39,856 nucleotides of DNA from IMG/VR virus record IMGVR_UViG_3300027132_000047, positions 1-39,856 of that record. One strand, written 5' to 3'. Source of the stretch: a virus. Its lineage: Duplodnaviria > Caudoviricetes. The notes below the pieces were generated by a model. It searched no databases and was not told the origin of the DNA. It saw nothing but the letters and a program-made list of their open reading frames with translations. Positions 27,085 through 35,077 of the stretch are shown in pieces. The position numbers were made by a program, and so were the translations under genes. Positions within the stretch are counted from its first letter, which is position 1, and every line of letters starts with the position of its first letter.

Positions 27085-28738
27085 CGTTTACGTTTTGTGT
27101 TGATGAATACCTACTCGTGTTAATATCAAATTTAAAATAGTCTACACCTTCTTGGCCAGTGTACCTAAACCTTACCTTCCATCTGTGCACTTCGGTAAAT
27201 CCTGTCTCCCTGTTCCTGTGTACGGTGAGTCCGTTGTCAGGCTTGTTATAGTAGTGAGAAGAATCTCCGACATCGTATCCGGTAGGTAGATCATACTTGC
27301 CATTCAGTTTAGCCATCTTCTTTGGGTGGGCTACAATGAATACATGTACGCCATAGTTTCTAGCAAACTTTACAATATCACCCATCATCTCGCCGATCGT
27401 GTGGTGCCTATTGTCAGAGTTCTTAGACATGCCTCTCTCAATAGTACTCATGTTATCTATCACCAGTGCGTTTATTCCGTGGCGCTTTACCATCTCCTCT
27501 GCCTTGCCAATAACACCCTCAATAGTAAGGTCATTATCCATTAGCTTGTAGTACTTAAAGTGCTCTGATAGAAACGGAGTAAGCTGCTCTACTTCCTCTT
27601 TAGTTACACGCTTAGTGAACGGCGAGTGGAAGAATGATTTGTTTGTGTGAATAGATATCAAGTCAGCAAGCGCAAACTCTGTGTTGGCTTCCTCGGCTGA
27701 GTATATTAAGTTCTTCCATCCGTGCCTGTCTGCCAGCCTAACTAAAACATTCTTGAGCCATGTAGTCTTACCGGACCCGGGTATACCTGTTATTAATGTA
27801 ACCTGAGCTGGGAACCATTTAAAGTTATCATCCATACCCCAGTCAGCATCACAACCCTCAGGGTACCCTTGATCGTATAGCGCAAGAAGATCCATCGATT
27901 TGCTGTTCGCATCCTCTACACCTTCTACTGGGTATGGCGTAGCGCTATTGTAACATTCCATTAGCGCATCCTTGCCATGCTTTACTAGGGTTTCATTTGC
28001 ATCCTTTTCTGGTAGTGATACTACCCAACAATTAGATTTTCCGAACCGGCGGGCTAGTTCATTTCGTAATGATACGCCCGGCTCATCCATGTCTGTGGCT
28101 AATAGAATTCTTCTTCCTTCAAAGAGTCCGTAGATATCTTCCAGCCACTCGAGCTTTTGGTTCCCTTTGCTCGCGCCGTTAGGTACGCTAATTGTATTCT
28201 TAATCCCAGCTTCGTAAAACGATAAGACATCAATCTCACCCTCAACGATAACCAGTTCATCGTTGCTATTATCAAGAGCGACGTCAATCCCGTAAGGGCA
28301 AAGCATAGCGCCACTAACAAGCTTAAAGTTTTTCTCACGATCCCTAAACTTAATGTTAACCAATTCGCCTTCATAGAAATAATTAAATTGTATTGTGTTC
28401 CTTTGTTCTTGTGCCTGTGGCATGTATTCTGATCCTTCAGATATCTTATATCGTAAAAGCGTTTGATTAGATATACCCCGAGCTGCGAACCATTTAACAA
28501 CAGAGTCCGATAATTTCTTTAGCTCACTTTGTGGTTTATTGTATTCTTTCTTTGGCGCCTTTACAACACCATGCCATCCACAGTTATGACAATTCCAGAC
28601 TCCAGTATCTGCGTTAACAGATAGACAGGGATCGGTCTTGTTTTTTCTAGTAGGGCTACACTTTGGGCATGTTGTTTTAACATCCCCTCGTGCACCGCTT
28701 CTAACTTCTATCCCTAATTGCCGGAGTCTTTCGATCAT
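27002..28738 (-). CDS. Primase-helicase (T7 gp4/Twinkle-like)
   Basis: CPKC...CHNC zinc finger, TOPRIM EGEID and DMD, Walker A GIPGSGKT, and VAHP.K. Confidence 0.93.
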   Translation of the reverse strand: MIERLRQLGIEVRSGARGDVKTTCPKCSPTRKNKTDPCLSVNADTGVWNCHNCGWHGVVKAPKKEYNKPQSELKKLSDSVVKWFAARGISNQTLLRYKISEGSEYMPQAQEQRNTIQFNYFYEGELVNIKFRDREKNFKLVSGAMLCPYGIDVALDNSNDELVIVEGEIDVLSFYEAGIKNTISVPNGASKGNQKLEWLEDIYGLFEGRRILLATDMDEPGVSLRNELARRFGKSNCWVVSLPEKDANETLVKHGKDALMECYNSATPYPVEGVEDANSKSMDLLALYDQGYPEGCDADWGMDDNFKWFPAQVTLITGIPGSGKTTWLKNVLVRLADRHGWKNLIYSAEEANTEFALADLISIHTNKSFFHSPFTKRVTKEEVEQLTPFLSEHFKYYKLMDNDLTIEGVIGKAEEMVKRHGINALVIDNMSTIERGMSKNSDNRHHTIGEMMGDIVKFARNYGVHVFIVAHPKKMAKLNGKYDLPTGYDVGDSSHYYNKPDNGLTVHRNRETGFTEVHRWKVRFRYTGQEGVDYFKFDINTSRYSSTQNVNDGSDKTKFKGQPLSQGDYGRLIKAGSL

Positions 28739-28899
28739 TTATATAGTTTTTTGTATAAAGGTTTTAGTTTTTGGTCTAGTAGTACTATGTCTGTTTTTAA
28801 CTTATCTAGCTTTTCATACATCAGCTGTATCTTTTTTTCAATCGTTTCGCGTTTGTCTTCTAAAGCGTGGATGTCTTTTTTTACTTCGTTGTTAACCAT
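28735..28899 (-). CDS. 54-aa coiled-coil protein absent from the ORF track
   Basis: MVNNEVKKDIHALEDK...LYKKLYK*, with an ATGA overlap into the primase start. Confidence 0.65.
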   Translation of the reverse strand: MVNNEVKKDIHALEDKRETIEKKIQLMYEKLDKLKTDIVLLDQKLKPLYKKLYK

Positions 28900-29338
28900 T
28901 TGTTTTTTGTTTTTGAATCCAATAGTTGGTACTATCTTCTAGATAAGTAATAAATTTTTGTTTGCTTCCGAATAGCGTTGCAGGTCTCATGTACTCTTTC
29001 ATTTTAGGATCCCTTCCCCACGTCTCTGCTTTGTGTAAAATAACAGACTGAAACTGATCAAATGTTACCTTAGGTATCTGGCGTATAATAGCCTTTATCT
29101 TTTCAGTATTATTGTACTTGTTGCCTGAGACTTCGTTGAAGTATTCTATAACATCCTTAGCTAGATCCCTGTCATCAAAAGACTCTATTTCTTTTTTCAT
29201 TTTAACCCAGTATACAATCCTGTGATCGATCTGCTCACTATACTCTATATGATATTGCAGCTCGTGTAGAATTTGATCTATAGATACTAGCGCATCTTTT
29301 TTACTGGCAAATTTCTGTAGGTAGTTTTGAGTATTCAT
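28892..29338 (-). CDS. Replication initiator-like protein (Phg_2220_C-like C-terminus)
   Basis: VIEYFN...W..DPKM..Y.RP.TLF..KF..YL motif. Confidence 0.75.
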   Translation of the reverse strand: MNTQNYLQKFASKKDALVSIDQILHELQYHIEYSEQIDHRIVYWVKMKKEIESFDDRDLAKDVIEYFNEVSGNKYNNTEKIKAIIRQIPKVTFDQFQSVILHKAETWGRDPKMKEYMRPATLFGSKQKFITYLEDSTNYWIQKQKTNG

Positions 29339-29362
29339 ACATTGAGTTTTTAATTGTCATCT

Positions 29363-29656
29363 TCATAACGATTCTACCGATTGAAGGTTAACTTTGTGGA
29401 AGAAAACTTCCGGCATCTTTTTATTTCTTTCTGATGCTATCCTTACAGAGAACTTTGTAAGCTCGCCAATAGATGGTAGAGGTCTAGCCTCCCAATCGTT
29501 AGCTGCTATATAGTTCCCCGGAACTGCGTGGTATCCTGATTCTTGATCAGCTATATTGAACACAACAGTCCTATAAGAGTATTCTTCTCTGTCTTTAGTA
29601 AAGACACGGGGCTCACTTACTTCTATGATTCTCCCGTAGAATGTTGCTTTATTCAT
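29363..29656 (-). CDS. OB-fold ssDNA-binding-like protein (DUF3127-like)
   Basis: GRII.V...G...FSVRI.S...FF.KVN pattern. Confidence 0.5.
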   Translation of the reverse strand: MNKATFYGRIIEVSEPRVFTKDREEYSYRTVVFNIADQESGYHAVPGNYIAANDWEARPLPSIGELTKFSVRIASERNKKMPEVFFHKVNLQSVESL

Positions 29657-30041
29657 AGTTCATCCAGTCGTTTAGTTTAAGGTATGGGTTTGTACTATGA
29701 TTAAACTTAATAGCATTTAAACATAACTGAACTTTGCAGTAGAACTTTTTAATAGGATCGTCTATTAAGAATATTGTTTCCTTTTCTACTCTCCTTAACG
29801 CCTCCCTGTAGTTCTCTCTGAACTGCTTTAATTTGTTTCTGTGTGATTCGTACTCCATGTCTAGGTAGTTCATCACATCTACAGAATCAAATCCGTGCAT
29901 GTCTGCAAGACCAACAGCAACCATTCTTGCTAGGTCCTTTGCGCCTTCAATCTCTTCATTCAATTGCATAGGCTTAAACTTTTCTGAGCTCCATACGAAC
30001 TGGGGTCTCATTGCTTTCTCTAAATCTTTAAGTTTTGTCAT
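29649..30041 (-). CDS. Hypothetical protein
   Basis: 130-aa coupled ORF. Confidence 0.7.
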   Translation of the reverse strand: MTKLKDLEKAMRPQFVWSSEKFKPMQLNEEIEGAKDLARMVAVGLADMHGFDSVDVMNYLDMEYESHRNKLKQFRENYREALRRVEKETIFLIDDPIKKFYCKVQLCLNAIKFNHSTNPYLKLNDWMNYE

Positions 30042-30046
30042 AGTGT

Positions 30047-31042
30047 TTATTTGTTTAGTTTAATTAGAAACGATTTTCTCCAAGTGATTTTACCTTCTGG
30101 CAACTGCATAATACTGGCGCCATCCTTTTCCATCACCTGCTTTAATTTGTTTTGGTATAACTGCTTTTGTAATTCAGCTTCCTTAATACTCTCAGCTATC
30201 CTCTTGTACTCCTCCGCCATCTGCTGATGATCTGCTGAGCCCTGAATAGTAACCTCAGTATCTCTGAGCTTGTGCTTCTCTGATATGAAATAATTAAAGT
30301 CATCTGAAGCATCTGCATCCGGTTCGAACTGCGCAGCTATCCCGTACATCTCATCTTTGTCATCAGTGCCACTAGATTTTAGGGCGTCCACCGCCATTGA
30401 AACTCTCTCTTGGAATTTATTGGCTTCGTTAAGTATCGTTGACTGGATCTCAAAGTCTGCGTCGATCGTTTCAACTAAGAGTTGTCTACCATCCACACGC
30501 ATACATAACTCTGCCCACTCTAGATCACATACTAGCATGTAGTGTTGTACCTGTGCAATGTATTGTGGTGGTATGCCGCCGATGTAAGTATCCACTGTCA
30601 TGCCGTTGATCTTCTTGATCTCTAGGATACCTTTCTTCTTCCCCCGAACTGGGTGCTGTGTGATCAACCCATCTATGTTTGCAAATAGGTTAGGGTACTT
30701 TGGGTTCTCAATGATTGCTTTAATCTTTTTATACTTGCGGACCTTAGTCTTTGTAACTATATTTTTAATGAACGCCTCTTCGCCATCCCAGTACTGCCAT
30801 GAATCAGCAATATTATCCTCCTGCATTTTACCCATCGCCATTTCAATATTCATGATGTTAGGTAGAGGGGATAGTCCTAGTGCTTGGTAGTACATAGATA
30901 TGGGTGACTTCCACTTGTTCCAACCAAGAAGGGTTCCGGCATCTGATCCACCAACCATTCCCTTAAGTGTGAAAGTTTGGCGAAGGCTCTGCCATTCCGA
31001 CTCCGTTAGTTTCGAAGTCGGTGTAAGTTTTAGTTTTTTCAT
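30047..31042 (-). CDS. YqaJ-like exonuclease
   Basis: W...R...GGSDAG.LLG, ANIDG, LEIK, and Y.AQVQHYM. Confidence 0.9.
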   Translation of the reverse strand: MKKLKLTPTSKLTESEWQSLRQTFTLKGMVGGSDAGTLLGWNKWKSPISMYYQALGLSPLPNIMNIEMAMGKMQEDNIADSWQYWDGEEAFIKNIVTKTKVRKYKKIKAIIENPKYPNLFANIDGLITQHPVRGKKKGILEIKKINGMTVDTYIGGIPPQYIAQVQHYMLVCDLEWAELCMRVDGRQLLVETIDADFEIQSTILNEANKFQERVSMAVDALKSSGTDDKDEMYGIAAQFEPDADASDDFNYFISEKHKLRDTEVTIQGSADHQQMAEEYKRIAESIKEAELQKQLYQNKLKQVMEKDGASIMQLPEGKITWRKSFLIKLNK

Positions 31043-31044
31043 TT

Positions 31045-31839
31045 CTACTTTTTAGCTTGTTTGATAAGTGCGTTGAGTGTGGTCTTCTGTGCGAGATTTA
31101 ATTTGTACTTGTCCATCGCTTGAATAACCTGATCGATCTTGCCATCTTTAATAAATTCCATCATGGCATCTAACTTATCTGGGGTGAGTGGCGGCTTCTC
31201 TTCGATCTCAGTAGCCTGCACTTCCGGTTTTGGCGCCGTTTTAGTACTTGATTTGGCAACTGCATGGATCACATCTCTAAAAGACTGAGGCTCCGCAGGG
31301 GCAGTTGCTGGCTTAGGTTCTGCAGGTTTTGTCTTACCTTTTCTATTGTTGATATGTTCAGTTAGGTCCCATACTCTCTGACCTCTTTCGTCAACCACAT
31401 TACCATACTGATCGCATGGCATGGTCACGGTCGGTAGATCATAAAGGAAACGTCCAACGCCCCACTGCACTGCTGCTCTTTTAAGGGCATCTGAGGCCGC
31501 TGATTTGCCAGCCTGCTCGTACATATTATCCTTCTCATTATCTTCGATTCTTGCGCCTGTATCCCAGCGCCATAGGGTTGTGCTAAAGCCTGACATCTTA
31601 CCTTCTGAGGTGAGCTCGGGGACCTCAATACCAATACCATAGAAAATAAACCCAGCTAACTCTTTAACATCTGTCTGCCATCCATGTACGCAGTACTTGT
31701 CTAGAGTGTTCATTACATCTCTGGCATCTATGTACGCAGAGCAGATGGCCTTAGTCTTATCCTTATTACGGGATTGAACACGCCATTGGTAGGGGATTTC
31801 TTTTTTTAAATTCTCGAGGAGTGGTTGTAGGTAGGTCAT
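31045..31839 (-). CDS. Sak/Rad52-family single-strand annealing protein
   Basis: WRVQ...AYIDARDVM..LD and K.AASDALKRAAVQWGVGRFLY. Confidence 0.9.
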   Translation of the reverse strand: MTYLQPLLENLKKEIPYQWRVQSRNKDKTKAICSAYIDARDVMNTLDKYCVHGWQTDVKELAGFIFYGIGIEVPELTSEGKMSGFSTTLWRWDTGARIEDNEKDNMYEQAGKSAASDALKRAAVQWGVGRFLYDLPTVTMPCDQYGNVVDERGQRVWDLTEHINNRKGKTKPAEPKPATAPAEPQSFRDVIHAVAKSSTKTAPKPEVQATEIEEKPPLTPDKLDAMMEFIKDGKIDQVIQAMDKYKLNLAQKTTLNALIKQAKK

Positions 31840-32066
31840 ATAGTTTTTAAATATTGGTTTAAGAATTCGTATTGGGCGGCCTTAAAATATATGGTATCCC
31901 AATCGTATGTGTACTTTGTAATATCGCCGACGGTGATTGCCTTGATAAAACTACCCGCGCATAGTCCTTCGTGGTTCTGTATCAACCACTTGCGGTAAGG
32001 TCGAAGAGGGTACTCTGTACCATCTATCGTCATAGTGTCTTTACTATAGTCGTAATTTATTTTCAC
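31836..32066 (-). CDS. Hypothetical protein
   Basis: 76-aa ORF with a GTG start. Confidence 0.6.
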   Translation of the reverse strand: MKINYDYSKDTMTIDGTEYPLRPYRKWLIQNHEGLCAGSFIKAITVGDITKYTYDWDTIYFKAAQYEFLNQYLKTI

Positions 32067-32119
32067 GCTGATAAAGTTAGCAACTATGGACTAGATAAAC
32101 GCCGTGGTTATTAACATTA

Positions 32120-32350
32120 TTATTGACAATACTTGTCTTTATAGTACTTATCGATAACAGATTTCTTCCATGTGCCGGTGTGTCCATCCTCATCAAAGGC
32201 GTACATCATGGCGTCAGACAAGAACATCTTTTCTTTTTCAATAAGGTCCGCAGCATTATCTAGTAGCCACGTATCAAAATCATTTTGATTAAGCGATGAC
32301 CTCATTTGTATTATGCGTTGGATCGGTGTTGCCATTTGTTTAAATTTCAT
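32120..32350 (-). CDS. Hypothetical protein (distant relative of the MKTA...EKEQI...YY family)
   Basis: TPIQ...EKEK...YYKDKY pattern. Confidence 0.6.
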   Translation of the reverse strand: MKFKQMATPIQRIIQMRSSLNQNDFDTWLLDNAADLIEKEKMFLSDAMMYAFDEDGHTGTWKKSVIDKYYKDKYCQ

Positions 32351-32630
32351 AAATTGTATGTGGGTGATAATTAACGCAGTAAATCTTAATTACATCTATA
32401 TTAGTTACTTCTTTATCATATTGTTTCATTGTATATGAATAAGAATAATGACCTTCATAATCATCAGGGTATTTTGTAATGTATGGAGTAAATCCTAAGC
32501 ATTTAGCTTCTCCTTTATCTACACCATAATACTCATCTAAGCCTTCTCTAATTGCTTCAAAAGATGAAGCAGATAGTATAGGTTTATACTCATCCACAGC
32601 TATATAAGTTACTTTTACTCTTGTTCCCAT
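32340..32630 (-). CDS. Hypothetical protein (AT-rich cassette)
   Basis: 96-aa ORF. Confidence 0.65.
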   Translation of the reverse strand: MGTRVKVTYIAVDEYKPILSASSFEAIREGLDEYYGVDKGEAKCLGFTPYITKYPDDYEGHYSYSYTMKQYDKEVTNIDVIKIYCVNYHPHTIYEI

Positions 32631-32636
32631 ATTGTT

Positions 32637-32948
32637 TTAAACTTCAGTTAATTCTGTTTGTTTTAATAATTCATCCATTGAGAATGTTATATCAGAGCAA
32701 TCCTTAATCAATTCAATTAGCTTTTTTAAATTCTCCTCTGTAAAAGCAAATCTATTGGCTAAGAAGTACTCGTATGGTAATTCTCTGTCTGTAAGCTCTA
32801 TTTCAGCTAATTGTACTCCTAATTCCTTCTGTGGTAGCACTGTAACGGTGAATATCACTGTATATGCATTACCCTTCTTAACCCATTTGTTAATTGGTAT
32901 CTCTTTTGGTCTACCAGCATCATTGATGCATACACATTCTACGCTCAT
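32637..32948 (-). CDS. Hypothetical protein (VECVCIND...WV..G..YTV)
   Basis: 103-aa ORF whose start is embedded in a 41-nt repeat junction. Confidence 0.7.
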   Translation of the reverse strand: MSVECVCINDAGRPKEIPINKWVKKGNAYTVIFTVTVLPQKELGVQLAEIELTDRELPYEYFLANRFAFTEENLKKLIELIKDCSDITFSMDELLKQTELTEV

Positions 32949-33193
32949 ATTGTTTCTGGTTTATAGGTTTGGTTGTAGTATTTTTCTTTTGTCTGTATAG
33001 ACACCCAACCAGATTCGTGTTGACCTTTAGTTCCATTAGCTCCACCTTTAGCACCATCTGAATAAGCATTTATTATCTGCTCTTTTTCTTTTTCAAGAAA
33101 TTTATGTGCCTGTAATACTACTTGGTCTGCTGAAATCATTTGACCTTTATATTGATTAGCCCAATCTTTTAATTCTTGCATTGCTGTTTTCAT
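32945..33193 (-). CDS. MKTAMQ...EKEQI...EKYYNQTYKPETI family protein, copy A
   Basis: Paralogue of 34229..34450 with identical ends. The start is likely 33193. Confidence 0.7.
   Translation of the reverse strand: MKTAMQELKDWANQYKGQMISADQVVLQAHKFLEKEKEQIINAYSDGAKGGANGTKGQHESGWVSIQTKEKYYNQTYKPETI
32947..32987. repeat. 41-nt perfect direct repeat (second copy 34231-34271)
   Basis: atattgtttctggtttataggtttggttgtagtatttttct at both sites. Confidence 0.95.
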
Positions 33194-33203
33194 AGGTTGT
33201 CGT

Positions 33204-33413
33204 TTAATCTTCATATTTTGTTTTATTAATTAACCAAACCGCTAATTTAATAGTCCATTTATTCCAATTTATATACATTTTCTCCATTGCTACCATTTGA
33301 CCAACTGTTAATGCTTTTTGTCCTTTAATACCAAATACCAATTCTGCATCATAAAATCTATGGTCTGCTTCTAAAGTATCCAATAGTTGTAAATCTCTTA
33401 TATCTTGTTCCAT
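33204..33413 (-). CDS. Hypothetical protein
   Basis: 69-aa ORF. Confidence 0.6.
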   Translation of the reverse strand: MEQDIRDLQLLDTLEADHRFYDAELVFGIKGQKALTVGQMVAMEKMYINWNKWTIKLAVWLINKTKYED

Positions 33414-33442
33414 GTTTATTTGCTTTGATTAAGTATTTGTTC

Positions 33443-33727
33443 TTATTTTAAACGTCTAGTCGCATTATCTACTTCTGTCCATTTAGACTTCTGTTTAAAA
33501 GTTTTATCCTCTTTGCCAAGTATTTGTTCTTTCATCCATTTAGCGCCAACAAAAAAAGCTATATCATCTTCTGCATCTGCATCTTCCCACCCTCTTTTTC
33601 TTATCTCCTCATCACTTGGTAGTTCTATTGGTTTAATTCTGTCAATAATTGGAGTATAATATTGATTAATACCATTTAAAGCAATATCAATTGCTATCCT
33701 TACTTGTTCTTCTGTATATAGTTTCAT
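33443..33727 (-). CDS. MKLYTEEQV...PIELPSDEEI...GAKWMKEQIL family protein
   Basis: Shares its N-terminus with 33731..33949. Confidence 0.7.
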   Translation of the reverse strand: MKLYTEEQVRIAIDIALNGINQYYTPIIDRIKPIELPSDEEIRKRGWEDADAEDDIAFFVGAKWMKEQILGKEDKTFKQKSKWTEVDNATRRLK

Positions 33728-33747
33728 AGGTTATTTGTTTTGGTTAA
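33700..33747. repeat. 48-nt perfect direct repeat spanning a gene junction (second copy 33922-33969)
   Basis: The minus strand encodes NQNK-stop-CCT-ATG-KLYTEEQV. Confidence 0.95.
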
Positions 33748-33949
33748 ATTCTATTGGTTCAGCTTTTTTAAAAAATTCATTTACTATTACATCAAGTCCC
33801 ATTCTTTTTAAAGTTTCTTTTATTTGTTGTTCTGTGTATATGTTTTCATTATCGAGTATTTCAGTTGGTGTAATGGAATTATCATAACTTCCAAAACTCA
33901 TTGATTGAGTTGCAATTTTATTTACTTGTTCTTCTGTATATAGTTTCAT
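33731..33949 (-). CDS. MKLYTEEQV...NQNK family protein
   Basis: Bounded by the two 48-nt repeats. Has an internal YTEQQ duplication. Confidence 0.7.
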   Translation of the reverse strand: MKLYTEEQVNKIATQSMSFGSYDNSITPTEILDNENIYTEQQIKETLKRMGLDVIVNEFFKKAEPIEFNQNK

Positions 33950-33952
33950 AGG

Positions 33953-34147
33953 TTATTTGTTTTGGTTAATTTGATATACTTTTTCTATTGTAAATTTGGA
34001 ATAGGAATCAAAGTGATTTGCTGCAAATTCAATGGCATCTTGTTCACTATCAAATTCGTAAGCAGAACTTATAGTCATATACGACTCTAAATCATAAGCA
34101 ACATAAGAGTTATCACGAAGGTCTTTAATTACATAAAATGTGTTCAT
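33953..34147 (-). CDS. Hypothetical protein ending in NQNK
   Basis: 64-aa ORF with a cctATG start. Confidence 0.65.
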   Translation of the reverse strand: MNTFYVIKDLRDNSYVAYDLESYMTISSAYEFDSEQDAIEFAANHFDSYSKFTIEKVYQINQNK

Positions 34148-34228
34148 AGGTTTATTGTTTTAATTGGTTTAATAAAGTACAAAGTTGATTTAATTAATTT
34201 AATTAATATTAAGTATAAATACTCAATC

Positions 34229-34450
34229 TTATATTGTTTCTGGTTTATAGGTTTGGTTGTAGTATTTTTCTGCACTTTTATATGCCTCAATAGTACACTC
34301 CATTGTTTTGTCATGTAAGCATCTATGATGAGCATGAGCATGCTCTATCTGCTCTTTTTCAATAGATAAAAATGTTTGTTGAATCCCTTGTGGGAAAGTG
34401 ATACCCATTGTTTCAAGATTAGTTATTAATTTCTGCATTGCTGTTTTCAT
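34229..34450 (-). CDS. MKTAMQ...EKYYNQTYKPETI family protein, copy B
   Basis: Paralogue of 32945..33193. Confidence 0.7.
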   Translation of the reverse strand: MKTAMQKLITNLETMGITFPQGIQQTFLSIEKEQIEHAHAHHRCLHDKTMECTIEAYKSAEKYYNQTYKPETI

Positions 34451-34632
34451 ATTATTTCTTTTTTATATTGTAAATATTTGTACGGGTCTATAGATATGTC
34501 AACTCTAGTTATGGCGTACAGATCCATAAAGTCTTGAATCTTAGTCATTAATTCCTCCATTTGATCATCATCGTAATCAACTAATGGGGATAGTTCTGTA
34601 TTGTATTTGATGTCACCTGTTACGTATATCAT
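34447..34632 (-). CDS. Small acidic hypothetical protein
   Basis: 61-aa ORF, first gene after the structured leader. Confidence 0.6.
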   Translation of the reverse strand: MIYVTGDIKYNTELSPLVDYDDDQMEELMTKIQDFMDLYAITRVDISIDPYKYLQYKKEII

Positions 34633-34661
34633 GATTACTTTGTATGATTTCTTTTTAGATT

Positions 34662-34905
34662 GGTCACAAACAAATGCTTAAGCCCTCCCCTCCCGACGAG
34701 AACTTAAACATTCGTGTGACCGATTACTTCGCATTGATACTCCCTGAGACTGGCTGAATAGAGGAAAATGCTAACATCCTTGCCTATCCATTTAACACAC
34801 ACCCCGCAGCTTTGATCGCTTCCTGAAGAGGTCCTAGACTTTCAACCTAAGATAAGAGCCATTCGTTGTGAATGGGTGGGGCCTTATGGTAGGGTCTATT
34901 AGGGA
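34662..34905 (-). ncRNA. Candidate structured ncRNA/leader
   Basis: No ORF of 60 aa or more and raised GC. Contains a 24-bp hairpin (34662-34721) whose G-U pairs form only on the minus strand, plus several smaller stems. Confidence 0.55.
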
Positions 34906-34906
34906 C

Positions 34907-34950
34907 AAAAAAATGCCCAGTGCCATTATTGTAGGAGGGACACTGGGCTT
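34907..34950 (-). terminator. Conditional intrinsic terminator (attenuator-like)
   Basis: GCCCAGUG...CACUGGGC then A and U7. Its 5' arm and loop are complementary to 34998-35011. Confidence 0.65.
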
Positions 34951-35029
34951 ACTATTAAAGTAAACTGCAATAGCAGTAAGATTAAGTTTGTATCTCGATA
35001 TCCCTCCTACAGGTATCTAATAGATAATG

Positions 35030-35037
35030 CAAACTTA
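35030..35037 (-). promoter_or_regulatory. Bacteroidota -7 box TAAGTTTG (a convergent identical box lies on + at 34983-34990)
   Basis: Exact TAnnTTTG match. No clear -33 TTTG. Confidence 0.5.
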
Positions 35038-35077
35038 TAATAGCTTATTTGTACTTACAGGAATAACAGGGGGTGAA

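Noticed and set aside
32947-34271. CRISPR array
   Set aside because: The repeats occur only as pairs, lie in coding junctions and are hundreds of bp apart. There are no cas genes.
34144-34341. 65-aa alternative-frame ORF
   Set aside because: It overlaps the MKTAMQ paralogue and runs through a low-complexity AT spacer, so it is probably spurious.
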